NCBI GenBank assembly: GCA_963664395.2
Contig: OY761159.2
Location: 2,912,001 to 2,976,000 of the forward strand
Length of the DNA: 64,000 nt
Source: Candidatus Binatia bacterium
GTDB lineage: Bacteria > Desulfobacterota > Binatia > Bin18
Direction of reading: 5' to 3'
The notes beneath the pieces were generated by a model, which saw only the letters and a program-made list of their open reading frames with translations, did not search any database and was not told the origin of the DNA. Position numbers and translations under genes: made by a program. Below are positions 52,170-60,106 of this stretch, one piece after another; the stretch's first letter is position 1; each line of letters opens with the position of its first letter.

Positions 52170-52928
52170 CTACTCTTCCCAGAACGGTGGTTTCAGGCCG
52201 GGGCTGACGTGCGCATAGTGCATCGCATCAAGCAGACTCCATAAAATATGGCACTTGGTCCGGAGTGCGGCCAGGGCCTGCTCTTGGTGCTCGCGGGTCG
52301 GACAGTTTGTCATCACATACTCGAGGCCGTACTCGACATCGCGCGGGGCTTGCTCGAGCCGGGCGCGAAAATATTCGAGTCCCCGTTTTTCAACCCAAGG
52401 ATAGTGCTCATCAAAGGCCGGCAGCCGTCGGGCCATGAGCGCTGGGGCAAACAGCTCAGTCAGCGAAGACGCGACCGCTTCCATTAAAGAATGATTCTGG
52501 ACGTAGGTGAGATAGGCATCAACCGCAAACCGAACCCCAGGCAACACATAGCGAAAACGAATCATGTCTTCCCGTGAGAGCCCGGCAGCCTCGCCGAGGA
52601 CGAGCCACTTCTCAATACCGCCCGGATCATCGCCCCGGCCGTCATGATCGAGTATACGTTGTATCCATGAACGCCGGACGGCCGGATCGTTGACGCGGGC
52701 CATAATGGCCGCGTCTTTTCTCGGGATCATGCACTGATAGTAAAAACGATTTTCAATCCAGGCTTGGAGCTGACGCGGGGTGAGCCTGCCGGCGTGCATC
52801 AGCCCATGAAAAGGATGTTTGTCATGATAGCCGGCTGCTCCGATTGCCCGCAGCCGTCGGGTGAATTCTTCGGCGCTGAAGACCGCATTATCTGCCCTAT
52901 CCACTTGCCGGTCCGTATTCAGACTCAT
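52170..52928 (-). CDS. pqqC: PQQ synthase
   Basis: YHDKHPFH, NRFYYQ..IPRKDA, RFAVDAY, SSLTELFAP. Confidence 0.96.
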   Translation of the reverse strand: MSLNTDRQVDRADNAVFSAEEFTRRLRAIGAAGYHDKHPFHGLMHAGRLTPRQLQAWIENRFYYQCMIPRKDAAIMARVNDPAVRRSWIQRILDHDGRGDDPGGIEKWLVLGEAAGLSREDMIRFRYVLPGVRFAVDAYLTYVQNHSLMEAVASSLTELFAPALMARRLPAFDEHYPWVEKRGLEYFRARLEQAPRDVEYGLEYVMTNCPTREHQEQALAALRTKCHILWSLLDAMHYAHVSPGLKPPFWEE

Positions 52929-52957
52929 ACCTTGACCCCACCTCGCTCGCCCGGCGT

Positions 52958-53878
52958 TTATACTTGAAAATCCATACCATCGAAGGCGATTTCCCAGCCT
53001 GCTTCTTCGGCTTGCCGTCGTTCGGGAGCATCCTCAATAACAAGCGGGTTGGTGTTATTCAAATGGGTGTAGACTTTCCGTACGCTGCTGAGATCGGCGA
53101 GTCTTTCCAGACTGCCCTCTGGCCCGGTAATTGGAACATGGCCCATTGAGAACGAGGTTTTCTGTGCCAGACCAACACCGATCATTTCATCGTCTGTCCA
53201 ACAGGTGCCATCAATGAAGAAGACGTCACACCCGCTGAGCCAATTTTTGACGCTATCGTCAACCTGCCGCACCCCAGGGAGATAGACGAGAGAACGTCCG
53301 GTTTGCGCGTCTGTGAATTTATAGCCGATGGACGCTTCACTCCAGTCATCGACTTTGCCCAAAAGGTAGGCTGGCGCGCGGCCCGGCACGCTGAAGGCTT
53401 CATAGCGAATGCCGCTGGGCTGCTCATCCACACCTATCAAATCCTGCTGGCCCGACAGTGCGACCGTTTTCCAGGTGCAGCGCGGGGGGCCGCAGACTGT
53501 TTGAAAGACCGAGTTGGTTTCCATAATCCAGCCGCGGACCTGCTGGGTCGAATACAGATACAGCGGTTGGGATTCTCTGAGGGTCAGCAGGCCGGCAATA
53601 TGGTCCACTTCGGCGTTGGTCAACAGGACTGCTTGAATGGGGGTATGGCGCGGAACGTCCTGGGGCGACAAGCCGTCAAACGCTGCGATTTGTTGGCGAA
53701 TATCCGGGCCGGCATTGACGAGATACCAGCGCCGATTGTCGGCGCTGATGGCAAGAGCTGACTGGGCGCGGGCTTTGGCGTTCAGGGTTCCGGCTCGCAG
53801 ACCTCGACAATGATCGCAGTTGCAGTTCCATTGCGGAAACCCACCGCCCGCGCCTGAGCCCAGTACCCGAATTCGCAC
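52958..53878 (-). CDS. pqqB: PQQ biosynthesis protein B
   Basis: LGSGAGGGFPQWNCNC, HLNNTNP; GTG start with AGGAGG RBS. Confidence 0.96.
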   Translation of the reverse strand: MRIRVLGSGAGGGFPQWNCNCDHCRGLRAGTLNAKARAQSALAISADNRRWYLVNAGPDIRQQIAAFDGLSPQDVPRHTPIQAVLLTNAEVDHIAGLLTLRESQPLYLYSTQQVRGWIMETNSVFQTVCGPPRCTWKTVALSGQQDLIGVDEQPSGIRYEAFSVPGRAPAYLLGKVDDWSEASIGYKFTDAQTGRSLVYLPGVRQVDDSVKNWLSGCDVFFIDGTCWTDDEMIGVGLAQKTSFSMGHVPITGPEGSLERLADLSSVRKVYTHLNNTNPLVIEDAPERRQAEEAGWEIAFDGMDFQV

Positions 53879-53961
53879 CCCGTCCTCCTGACTCTCTTGT
53901 CTGTAACCAGGTGGGATCTGCCACAATCGGCAAAGATACCCCTAAAGATGCCCTGCCTGAT

Positions 53962-53999
53962 AAGAAAACGGGCTTCTCCATTTTCGGGAGAAGCCCGTT
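53962..53999 (-). terminator. Hairpin/terminator between pqqA and pqqB
   Basis: AACGGGCTTCTCC / GGAGAAGCCCGTT 13 bp stem, then TTCTT on the minus strand. Confidence 0.75.
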
Positions 54000-54022
54000 C
54001 AGAGCAATCCTGTATAAGGAGA

Positions 54023-54100
54023 TTACTCGGAGACGAGAATGTACATGCTGACCTCGGCGTCCATTCTCACTTCGATAAATTCAGGTTTTTCCCACGTCAT
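54023..54100 (-). CDS. pqqA: PQQ precursor peptide (25 aa; not in the ORF track)
   Basis: MTWEKPEFIEVRMDAEVSMYILVSE* with WxKP and ExxxY; AAGGAGGT RBS. Confidence 0.95.
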   Translation of the reverse strand: MTWEKPEFIEVRMDAEVSMYILVSE

Positions 54101-54338
54101 GAGACTTACCTCCTTGTTTGCTTTGGGGCACCCTATCGCACCACAGTGAGCTTGTCCAGGTGCGATTTGCTCACGAGAGCAAGCTCGGTCGATAGGATAG
54201 TCCTGCTTCAGTTCCTAAGAATATGCAGAGATTTTACATTTTTGCAAGAAGCACAGGAAATTTCCTACCGATTCGGATATGGAGTGGCTTTTAAGGGCCC
54301 TTCTTGCTAACGGGGGTAAATCGAGAGTTGCATAGAAG

Positions 54339-54680
54339 ATGAATATTCAAATTTTTGGCCTGAAAAAATGTTCTGAGACCCGCAAGGCCCAACGCTTTTT
54401 CAAAGAGCGCCGGATTCCTGTTCATTTTATTGATCTCAGCCAAAAGGAAATGGCAAAGGGCGAATTACGCTCGGTGGCGGCGCGGGTCCCGTTGAAGGAC
54501 TTAATCGACACGACCGGTAAGCGCTTTATTGAAAAGGGACTGACGCATGCCTCGCTGAACGCCGCCCGGATCGAAAGCCTGCTCCTTGAAGATTCGCTCC
54601 TCATTCGGACACCCATTGTCCGCAACGGTAAAGCAGCAACGGTCGGGCATTGTCCCGAGGTCTGGAAAACGTGGTCCTAG
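54339..54680 (+). CDS. ArsC/Spx family protein
   Basis: QIFGLKKCSETRKAQRFF, LIRTPIVRNG. Confidence 0.85.
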   Translation: MNIQIFGLKKCSETRKAQRFFKERRIPVHFIDLSQKEMAKGELRSVAARVPLKDLIDTTGKRFIEKGLTHASLNAARIESLLLEDSLLIRTPIVRNGKAATVGHCPEVWKTWS

Positions 54681-54708
54681 CCGGACCGAGCGGAGCAGGG
54701 CAAAAACT

Positions 54709-54728
54709 GGGGCTCGGGCCCGAGCCCC
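54709..54728. terminator. GC hairpin between convergent genes
   Basis: GGGGCTCGGGCCCGAGCCCC perfect palindrome. Confidence 0.5.
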
Positions 54729-54746
54729 TCTCAATAGGCCAGTCTC

Positions 54747-55517
54747 TTACGCTAACGGCTCCGGCGCGTGTTTGATCTGCTGCCACTGGGTCAGGTCGTG
54801 GCCGTAGATAATCGTGGAGCCCTGCTTGTCGCGAAGATCGCGTAGTGTGTCAAGAGATCGGTGCATTTCATCCGTATCATAGGCAATCGACGGCAACATG
54901 TTCTCATCCATATTGCGTTTGGTGTAGCAGGCATCCCCTGTCACCACGATGTCCGTGCCTTTTGTGATCCGAAGGCGCATGGACTGATGACCTGGGGTAT
55001 GGCCATGGGTTGGGAAAAGGACCAGCGTCCCATCGCCGAAGATATCCATCTCGCCGTCTACGGGCTGGTAGTTGAGTTTGTGATCGTAGTCCTGGGGGTC
55101 AAAAAAGGCTTTTTCTCTGAGTGCAGGATCTTTTGACGCCTCAAGCTCGTTTTTCTGGACGAGAAATGTTGATTGAGGAAAAAACTCATTCCCGCCCGCA
55201 TGATCAAAGTGGAAGTGCGAGTTGACCACATACGTAATGTCAGCCGGGGTGAGCTTGAATTGAGCCAACTGGCTGACAATTTCTTCGCCTGGCTTGGCTC
55301 GGGGAACAAACGTATCAGCAATGTCGCCAAGACGGCCTTTCGCATCGTCTATGCATGAGCAGTGGACGCCGGTATCAAAGACCACGTTCCCTTTGGGGTG
55401 CGTAATCAAATAGCTCGGCACCGGAATAGTGATCTGCTCTCCCTGTTTGTCTTGCGGAAAAAACAGTCGGCTATCGAATTCAAGAAATCCGACCGGCATG
55501 GAAAAAATTTGCAACAT
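54747..55517 (-). CDS. N-acyl homoserine lactonase family MBL-fold hydrolase
   Basis: SHFHFDHAGG (HxHxDH), GHTPGHQS, GDACY, GHD; GAGGAGG RBS. Confidence 0.85.
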   Translation of the reverse strand: MLQIFSMPVGFLEFDSRLFFPQDKQGEQITIPVPSYLITHPKGNVVFDTGVHCSCIDDAKGRLGDIADTFVPRAKPGEEIVSQLAQFKLTPADITYVVNSHFHFDHAGGNEFFPQSTFLVQKNELEASKDPALREKAFFDPQDYDHKLNYQPVDGEMDIFGDGTLVLFPTHGHTPGHQSMRLRITKGTDIVVTGDACYTKRNMDENMLPSIAYDTDEMHRSLDTLRDLRDKQGSTIIYGHDLTQWQQIKHAPEPLA

Positions 55518-55713
55518 ACAACCCTCCTCTTTCGCTTTTACGAGCGAGATATAGCGTAGATATGCGGACCACAATGTCAGGTATTGGATAAGAGGTCCAG
55601 CCTGATTTGTCTGCTGCTCGAAGTGCATTAGTCAGGCCCGCAGGCAAGCAACTCAAGCCCAGTCACTCAAGAGCGTCTGATCACAGGAACCAAGGCCACC
55701 AAGAGTAGGGCGC

Positions 55714-55745
55714 AAAAACGGCGGGCATAGCGGCCCGCCGTTTTT
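55714..55745. terminator. Bidirectional intrinsic terminator
   Basis: AAAAACGGCGGGC-loop-GCCCGCCGTTTTT. Confidence 0.8.
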
Positions 55746-55770
55746 AACTTTTTAGCTGGAAAAACGAAGC

Positions 55771-56151
55771 CTATAAACTGCGCTTCCCCCGACGAAGATT
55801 TCGCCGACTGCCCTTTGGTTTTGCGCCGCCCTTTGGGCCCGCCCAAGGTCGTTCAAAAGAACGCTCGCCACCGCCACCCGGAGAGGGTGAGGCCCGTCGA
55901 GGAGGACGATCCTCTGCTTTGTTTACCCGGATACTTCTTCCTCCGAGTTCGTACCCGTCAAAGCGCTCTACCGCGGCAGGAATGGACGCAGGGTCGGTGA
56001 ATTCGACAAAGGCGAATCCGCGGGGCCGGCCGGTTTCCCTGTCAGACGGGAGAAAAACCTCGACGAGTTCGCCCACTTCAGAAAAAAGAGTGTTCAACTC
56101 GCCTTGGGTGGTGTCAAAGTTCAAATTCCCAACAAAAACCTTGTTTCCGAT
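55771..56151 (-). CDS. RRM RNA-binding protein, apparent ATC start
   Basis: RNP2 VFVGNL, RNP1 RGFAFVEF; AGGAGG RBS precedes ATC and no in-frame ATG/GTG/TTG lies upstream. Confidence 0.85.
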   Translation of the reverse strand: MGNKVFVGNLNFDTTQGELNTLFSEVGELVEVFLPSDRETGRPRGFAFVEFTDPASIPAAVERFDGYELGGRSIRVNKAEDRPPRRASPSPGGGGERSFERPWAGPKGGAKPKGSRRNLRRGKRSL

Positions 56152-56398
56152 GATGACCTCCTCTCGGGTCAGTCCACACCGGTTTGAGTCGATGTGGAAT
56201 ACCTACGGCCTGTTACGGCCAGGTTGGAATGCCATGATCCCTCAATGACAAACTGGTGCAATAAAGCTGGCAGTATGACGCGAAATGCGAAAATGTACAA
56301 CCCTATGGAAGCGTCCGGGAGGAGGGCACCGGCAATCAGCGCGCCTTGCCGGTGCGGGGCTTTCTTTCGACTTGAAAGATACGCATGGGAGGAAGGGG

Positions 56399-57658
56399 TT
56401 ACGATGATGGCAGACGTATGGGAAATGTCTCCACATAAGCCCGAAACGCCAGGGTGAACAGTGCGAAGAAACCAACCAGAACACCCAATTCAATCCACCC
56501 CAGTGGAAGCCAGTGTTCATGCCAGATGGAGGGGACGACGAGGATGTAGCGCTCGAGCCACATGCCGACGAGGATAATGGTACTGATGCAGGCCAGAGCA
56601 GCCGGGTCACGCTTGACCCATTGCAGGAGAAGAATGGGGAAAGGGAGGAGAAAGTTGAAGAGCAGGACAATAAAGCTTACCTGTGTCCACGGCTCATCAA
56701 ACAATCGGACGACGAGAAAACCGGTCTCCTCCGGGAGATTGCCATACCAAATCGGTAAGTACTGACACCAGAACAGATACGTCCATAGGACACAAAAGCC
56801 AAAGAGAAGCTTGCCGAGGTCGTGGGCGCGTTCAGGAGAAAAAAGAGCTGAATTCGATGAATTCGATGAACTTGATGAACTTGATGAACTTATGGATGAG
56901 CGCATCAGCGCGGCAAGAATGGCTAGCAGGCTGAGTCCCGCGTACATATTCCCGATACAAAAATAGGCTCCGAATAATGTACTGAGCCAGTACGGCTCAA
57001 GCGACATCACCAGATCAAAGGCAAAAAGGCTGAATACAATCGCATAGAGCAAAATAAAAATGGGCGAGAGGACCGTCAGCTGCCGCTTCCCGCCTTCCGT
57101 ATCCGCTGCTTTCTCTTGGGAAACAAACAAGGCAAAAACGCCGGGCAGAGCGCCGGCTGCATACCGTGCCGCCAGGCTTCCGCTTGCCTGGAGTGAAGCC
57201 CGCAGCAGAGCGAACCCGCAGCCGTAGAGGACAACGAGACCAAAGAGGTTGCGGAGAATCAGGAAGGGCTTGTTCAGCCAGGCTTGTTTAGCCGGAACTG
57301 GGTCAAGTATCCACGAGAAGAGTTGCTCGCTGCCAAGAAAGAGAACAATAAAAAGAAAAAAGGAAAACGGCAGAAAAGCGGCAAGCGCCTCAGCAAGCTG
57401 CCGTACCGGCCCGGCCCACTGCGCTTTTGTGACCTGAAGAATGGCTGAAAAAGTCAGTCCGCTGAGCGCCAGCCCTGACCAGAAAAGCCAGTTGACAAGA
57501 TATGCCTGCCACGCCCGCTGGGAGTTCTCTCCGGCAACGCCAATGAGAAAAGTGAGCATGCCAACCCCAGCCAGGACCCATAGGCCAAGGGTGAAGGGGC
57601 CGGCGCGCTCAGCTGGAGGTACGCTCCGGGAAACTACGGGTTGGGCCTCAGCACTCAT
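56399..57658 (-). CDS. actF: Alternative complex III membrane subunit F
   Basis: FDLVMSLEPYWLSTLFG, HDLGKL, QYLPIWYGNLPEE; TAATG coupling to actE. Confidence 0.88.
   Translation of the reverse strand: MSAEAQPVVSRSVPPAERAGPFTLGLWVLAGVGMLTFLIGVAGENSQRAWQAYLVNWLFWSGLALSGLTFSAILQVTKAQWAGPVRQLAEALAAFLPFSFFLFIVLFLGSEQLFSWILDPVPAKQAWLNKPFLILRNLFGLVVLYGCGFALLRASLQASGSLAARYAAGALPGVFALFVSQEKAADTEGGKRQLTVLSPIFILLYAIVFSLFAFDLVMSLEPYWLSTLFGAYFCIGNMYAGLSLLAILAALMRSSISSSSSSSSSNSSNSALFSPERAHDLGKLLFGFCVLWTYLFWCQYLPIWYGNLPEETGFLVVRLFDEPWTQVSFIVLLFNFLLPFPILLLQWVKRDPAALACISTIILVGMWLERYILVVPSIWHEHWLPLGWIELGVLVGFFALFTLAFRAYVETFPIRLPSS
56849..56893. repeat. In-frame 9 bp tandem repeat (5 units) within actF
   Basis: TGAATTCGA x2, TGAACTTGA x2, TGAACTTAT; encodes a Ser/Asn-rich tract. 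Confidence 0.85.
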
Positions 57659-58224
57659 TATGGCTGACTCTGCTGCAATTGCTGTTGGAGGTGGCGTACG
57701 TAATTCACAATGTCCCACCGCTCTGTGGTTGAAAGCGCGTGCTGATAGGCCGGCATCACCAATCCGCCGCTGCGGATGGTGGCATACAGATACCCGTCTT
57801 TTTGGTTTCTGATTCGCTCCGCATGAAGGTCCGAAGAGGGAACGACCTTGCCAACCATCTGGCCGTCGCCTCTGCCCTGCTCGCCATGACACAGCTCACA
57901 GTAAATCCGAAATAATACTTCCCCGTTCTGGATGGACTGAGGTGTGAATTCAACTGGATTACGGACGCGCAGGCCGGCCTTCATGCGCTCGGTAATGCGC
58001 GACGACATGGGCGGTTCAATGCCCGTTGTGGGAACGCTATTGGCCACGGGTGGCCGGGCGGCTGTTCCGGCCTTGAGTTCGGGCGGCCAATACATGTCGT
58101 CATTCCACGGCAGGGCATGGACAACGGCAACGCACAAGAGTCCCAGACCCAGAGAGAGACCGACGAGATGCCAGACCCGGCCACGGATGCCCGTGTTGGC
58201 GCGATGCCTACACACCTTGGCCAT
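57658..58224 (-). CDS. actE: Alternative complex III monoheme cytochrome c
   Basis: Single CELCH, DMY..P, MPAY, ERWDIVNYV. Confidence 0.82.
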   Translation of the reverse strand: MAKVCRHRANTGIRGRVWHLVGLSLGLGLLCVAVVHALPWNDDMYWPPELKAGTAARPPVANSVPTTGIEPPMSSRITERMKAGLRVRNPVEFTPQSIQNGEVLFRIYCELCHGEQGRGDGQMVGKVVPSSDLHAERIRNQKDGYLYATIRSGGLVMPAYQHALSTTERWDIVNYVRHLQQQLQQSQP

Positions 58225-60091
58225 AGACCTCCTCTGCGCCACCGGCGGTAATCGACCGCCGAATAGCCGTTGTCTGCTCGGCGGTACACGGGACGAGCAG
58301 TCCAAAGCGATCCTCTGAAAAACGCGGGTCGTGCGTGATGACAACCGAACGCGACGGCAGCCGGGCGTTGATGAGCAGCCCAATCACAGTGGCAATGGCC
58401 CCAAAGAGAATAGTCAGCTCAAAGGCGATAATGGCAAAGGCAGGTAAAGCCACAATGGGCTTGGCACTCGTTTGGAGCGGCCAGTCCAAGGCCGTATAGG
58501 TGGGTAAGGCGAAGCCGATAGCACAACCCAGCAGACCGCCAATCAACGTAAAATAGCGAATCGGACTTTTGCGTGTGCCGAGGGCCTCTTCAAGCGCCTG
58601 ACTGGGAAACGGGGAGACGACGCTGAGGTTTTTATAGCCCTCTCTCCGGAGAGAGCGGACTGTGGCGACGAGCTTGTCCGGATTCGTAAAGACGCCAACT
58701 ATGCCTGCTCCGCGGCCGGCACGAGCCGCTTCGCTGACGGGTAAGAGGGGCCGCTCGGATTCGTCTGCTTCAACTGCTGACGAACCGCTATCCGCAGACG
58801 GCAGGTGCTCTTTGACTTCGGCCAACGACACGAGCGGTAGAAACTTCACGAAGAGCAGGAAGAATAAAAAGAACCAGGCAAAACTGCCGAGCGTTATGCC
58901 CACTTCAACCCATGAAGGCTGATACAGACCCCAGGCAGCAGGATCAAACTCATGCGACAATGAACTCACAATAATGACAAAGCGCTCAAGCCACATGCCG
59001 ACATTGACTAGCAGTGCAATACCGAACAACCACAGCGTATTGGTGCGGATCGACTTCCACCACAGCAACATGGGGATGGCACAGTTGCAGGTGACCATCA
59101 GCCAAAACAGCGGGGCATAGTCGCCGGCCGCGCGATACCAGAAGACGCTCCGCTCGTACGGATTGGCACTATACCAGGCAATAAAAAATTCGCTGGCGTA
59201 GGAATAGGTCAGAATCAGCGAGGTGAGAATAATCATTTTGCCCAGATTGTCGAAGTGATAGGCGGTGATATAGGCTTCGAGGCCAAAAATCCTGCGGAGC
59301 GGAATGAGCAAGGTCAGGACCATAGCCAGGCCGGAGAAAATTGCGCCGGCGACAAAATAGGGCGCAAAGATGGTGCTATGCCAGCCTGGTACGATGGACA
59401 TGGCAAAATCCCATGACACCACGCTATGCACAGACACCACGAGCGGTGTCGCCAGCGCCGCAAGAAAACCATAGGCGCTCAGATAGTGATGCCACTGCCG
59501 GTCCGTGCCCTGCCAGCCAAGTGAGAAGAGGCCGTACAGCTTTTTACGCAGACCCGCGGTGCGGTCGCGGGCCGCCCCTAGGTCAGGGACCAGACCGATA
59601 TACCAGAACATAAAACTCACCACGAAATAGGTTGTGATCGCAAACGCATCCCAGACCAGGGGTGACTGGAAATTGACCCAGAGCTGACGTTGGTTGGGAT
59701 AGGGCAGCAGCCAATAAAAATTCCACGCCCGGCCAATATGGATAATGGGAAACAGGCCGGCAGTCATCACGGCAAAAATCGTCATGGCTTCAGCGCTGCG
59801 GGCAATGGGGGTACGCCAGCCGGCCCGAAATAAAAACAGCACCGCCGAGATCAGCGTGCCCGAGTGGGCAATACCGACCCAGAACACAAAATTGGTGATA
59901 TACACGCCCCAGCCGACCGGGTGAGCCAGCCCGGTCACGCCCAGTCCGGCGTGGATCTGATAGCCCCAGCAATACATACCAAAAGCCAGCACCACCAGGT
60001 CGCAGCCGAGCAGGGCATACCAGATACGCGTGGGCGAGCTGAGCAGGTTTTTGAGCAGGTCGCGATTGACCTGGAGATAGCTGGTCTGCAT
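58208..60091 (-). CDS. actC: NrfD-type ActC fused to ActD (DUF3341)
   Basis: WVGIAHSGTLISA, SVHSVVSWDFA, then a linker and SPFP..FELTILFG..DPRFSEDRF in one ORF. Confidence 0.88.
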   Translation of the reverse strand: MQTSYLQVNRDLLKNLLSSPTRIWYALLGCDLVVLAFGMYCWGYQIHAGLGVTGLAHPVGWGVYITNFVFWVGIAHSGTLISAVLFLFRAGWRTPIARSAEAMTIFAVMTAGLFPIIHIGRAWNFYWLLPYPNQRQLWVNFQSPLVWDAFAITTYFVVSFMFWYIGLVPDLGAARDRTAGLRKKLYGLFSLGWQGTDRQWHHYLSAYGFLAALATPLVVSVHSVVSWDFAMSIVPGWHSTIFAPYFVAGAIFSGLAMVLTLLIPLRRIFGLEAYITAYHFDNLGKMIILTSLILTYSYASEFFIAWYSANPYERSVFWYRAAGDYAPLFWLMVTCNCAIPMLLWWKSIRTNTLWLFGIALLVNVGMWLERFVIIVSSLSHEFDPAAWGLYQPSWVEVGITLGSFAWFFLFFLLFVKFLPLVSLAEVKEHLPSADSGSSAVEADESERPLLPVSEAARAGRGAGIVGVFTNPDKLVATVRSLRREGYKNLSVVSPFPSQALEEALGTRKSPIRYFTLIGGLLGCAIGFALPTYTALDWPLQTSAKPIVALPAFAIIAFELTILFGAIATVIGLLINARLPSRSVVITHDPRFSEDRFGLLVPCTAEQTTAIRRSITAGGAEEVYGQGV

Positions 60092-60106
60092 GGGATGTTA
60101 TTGAGG

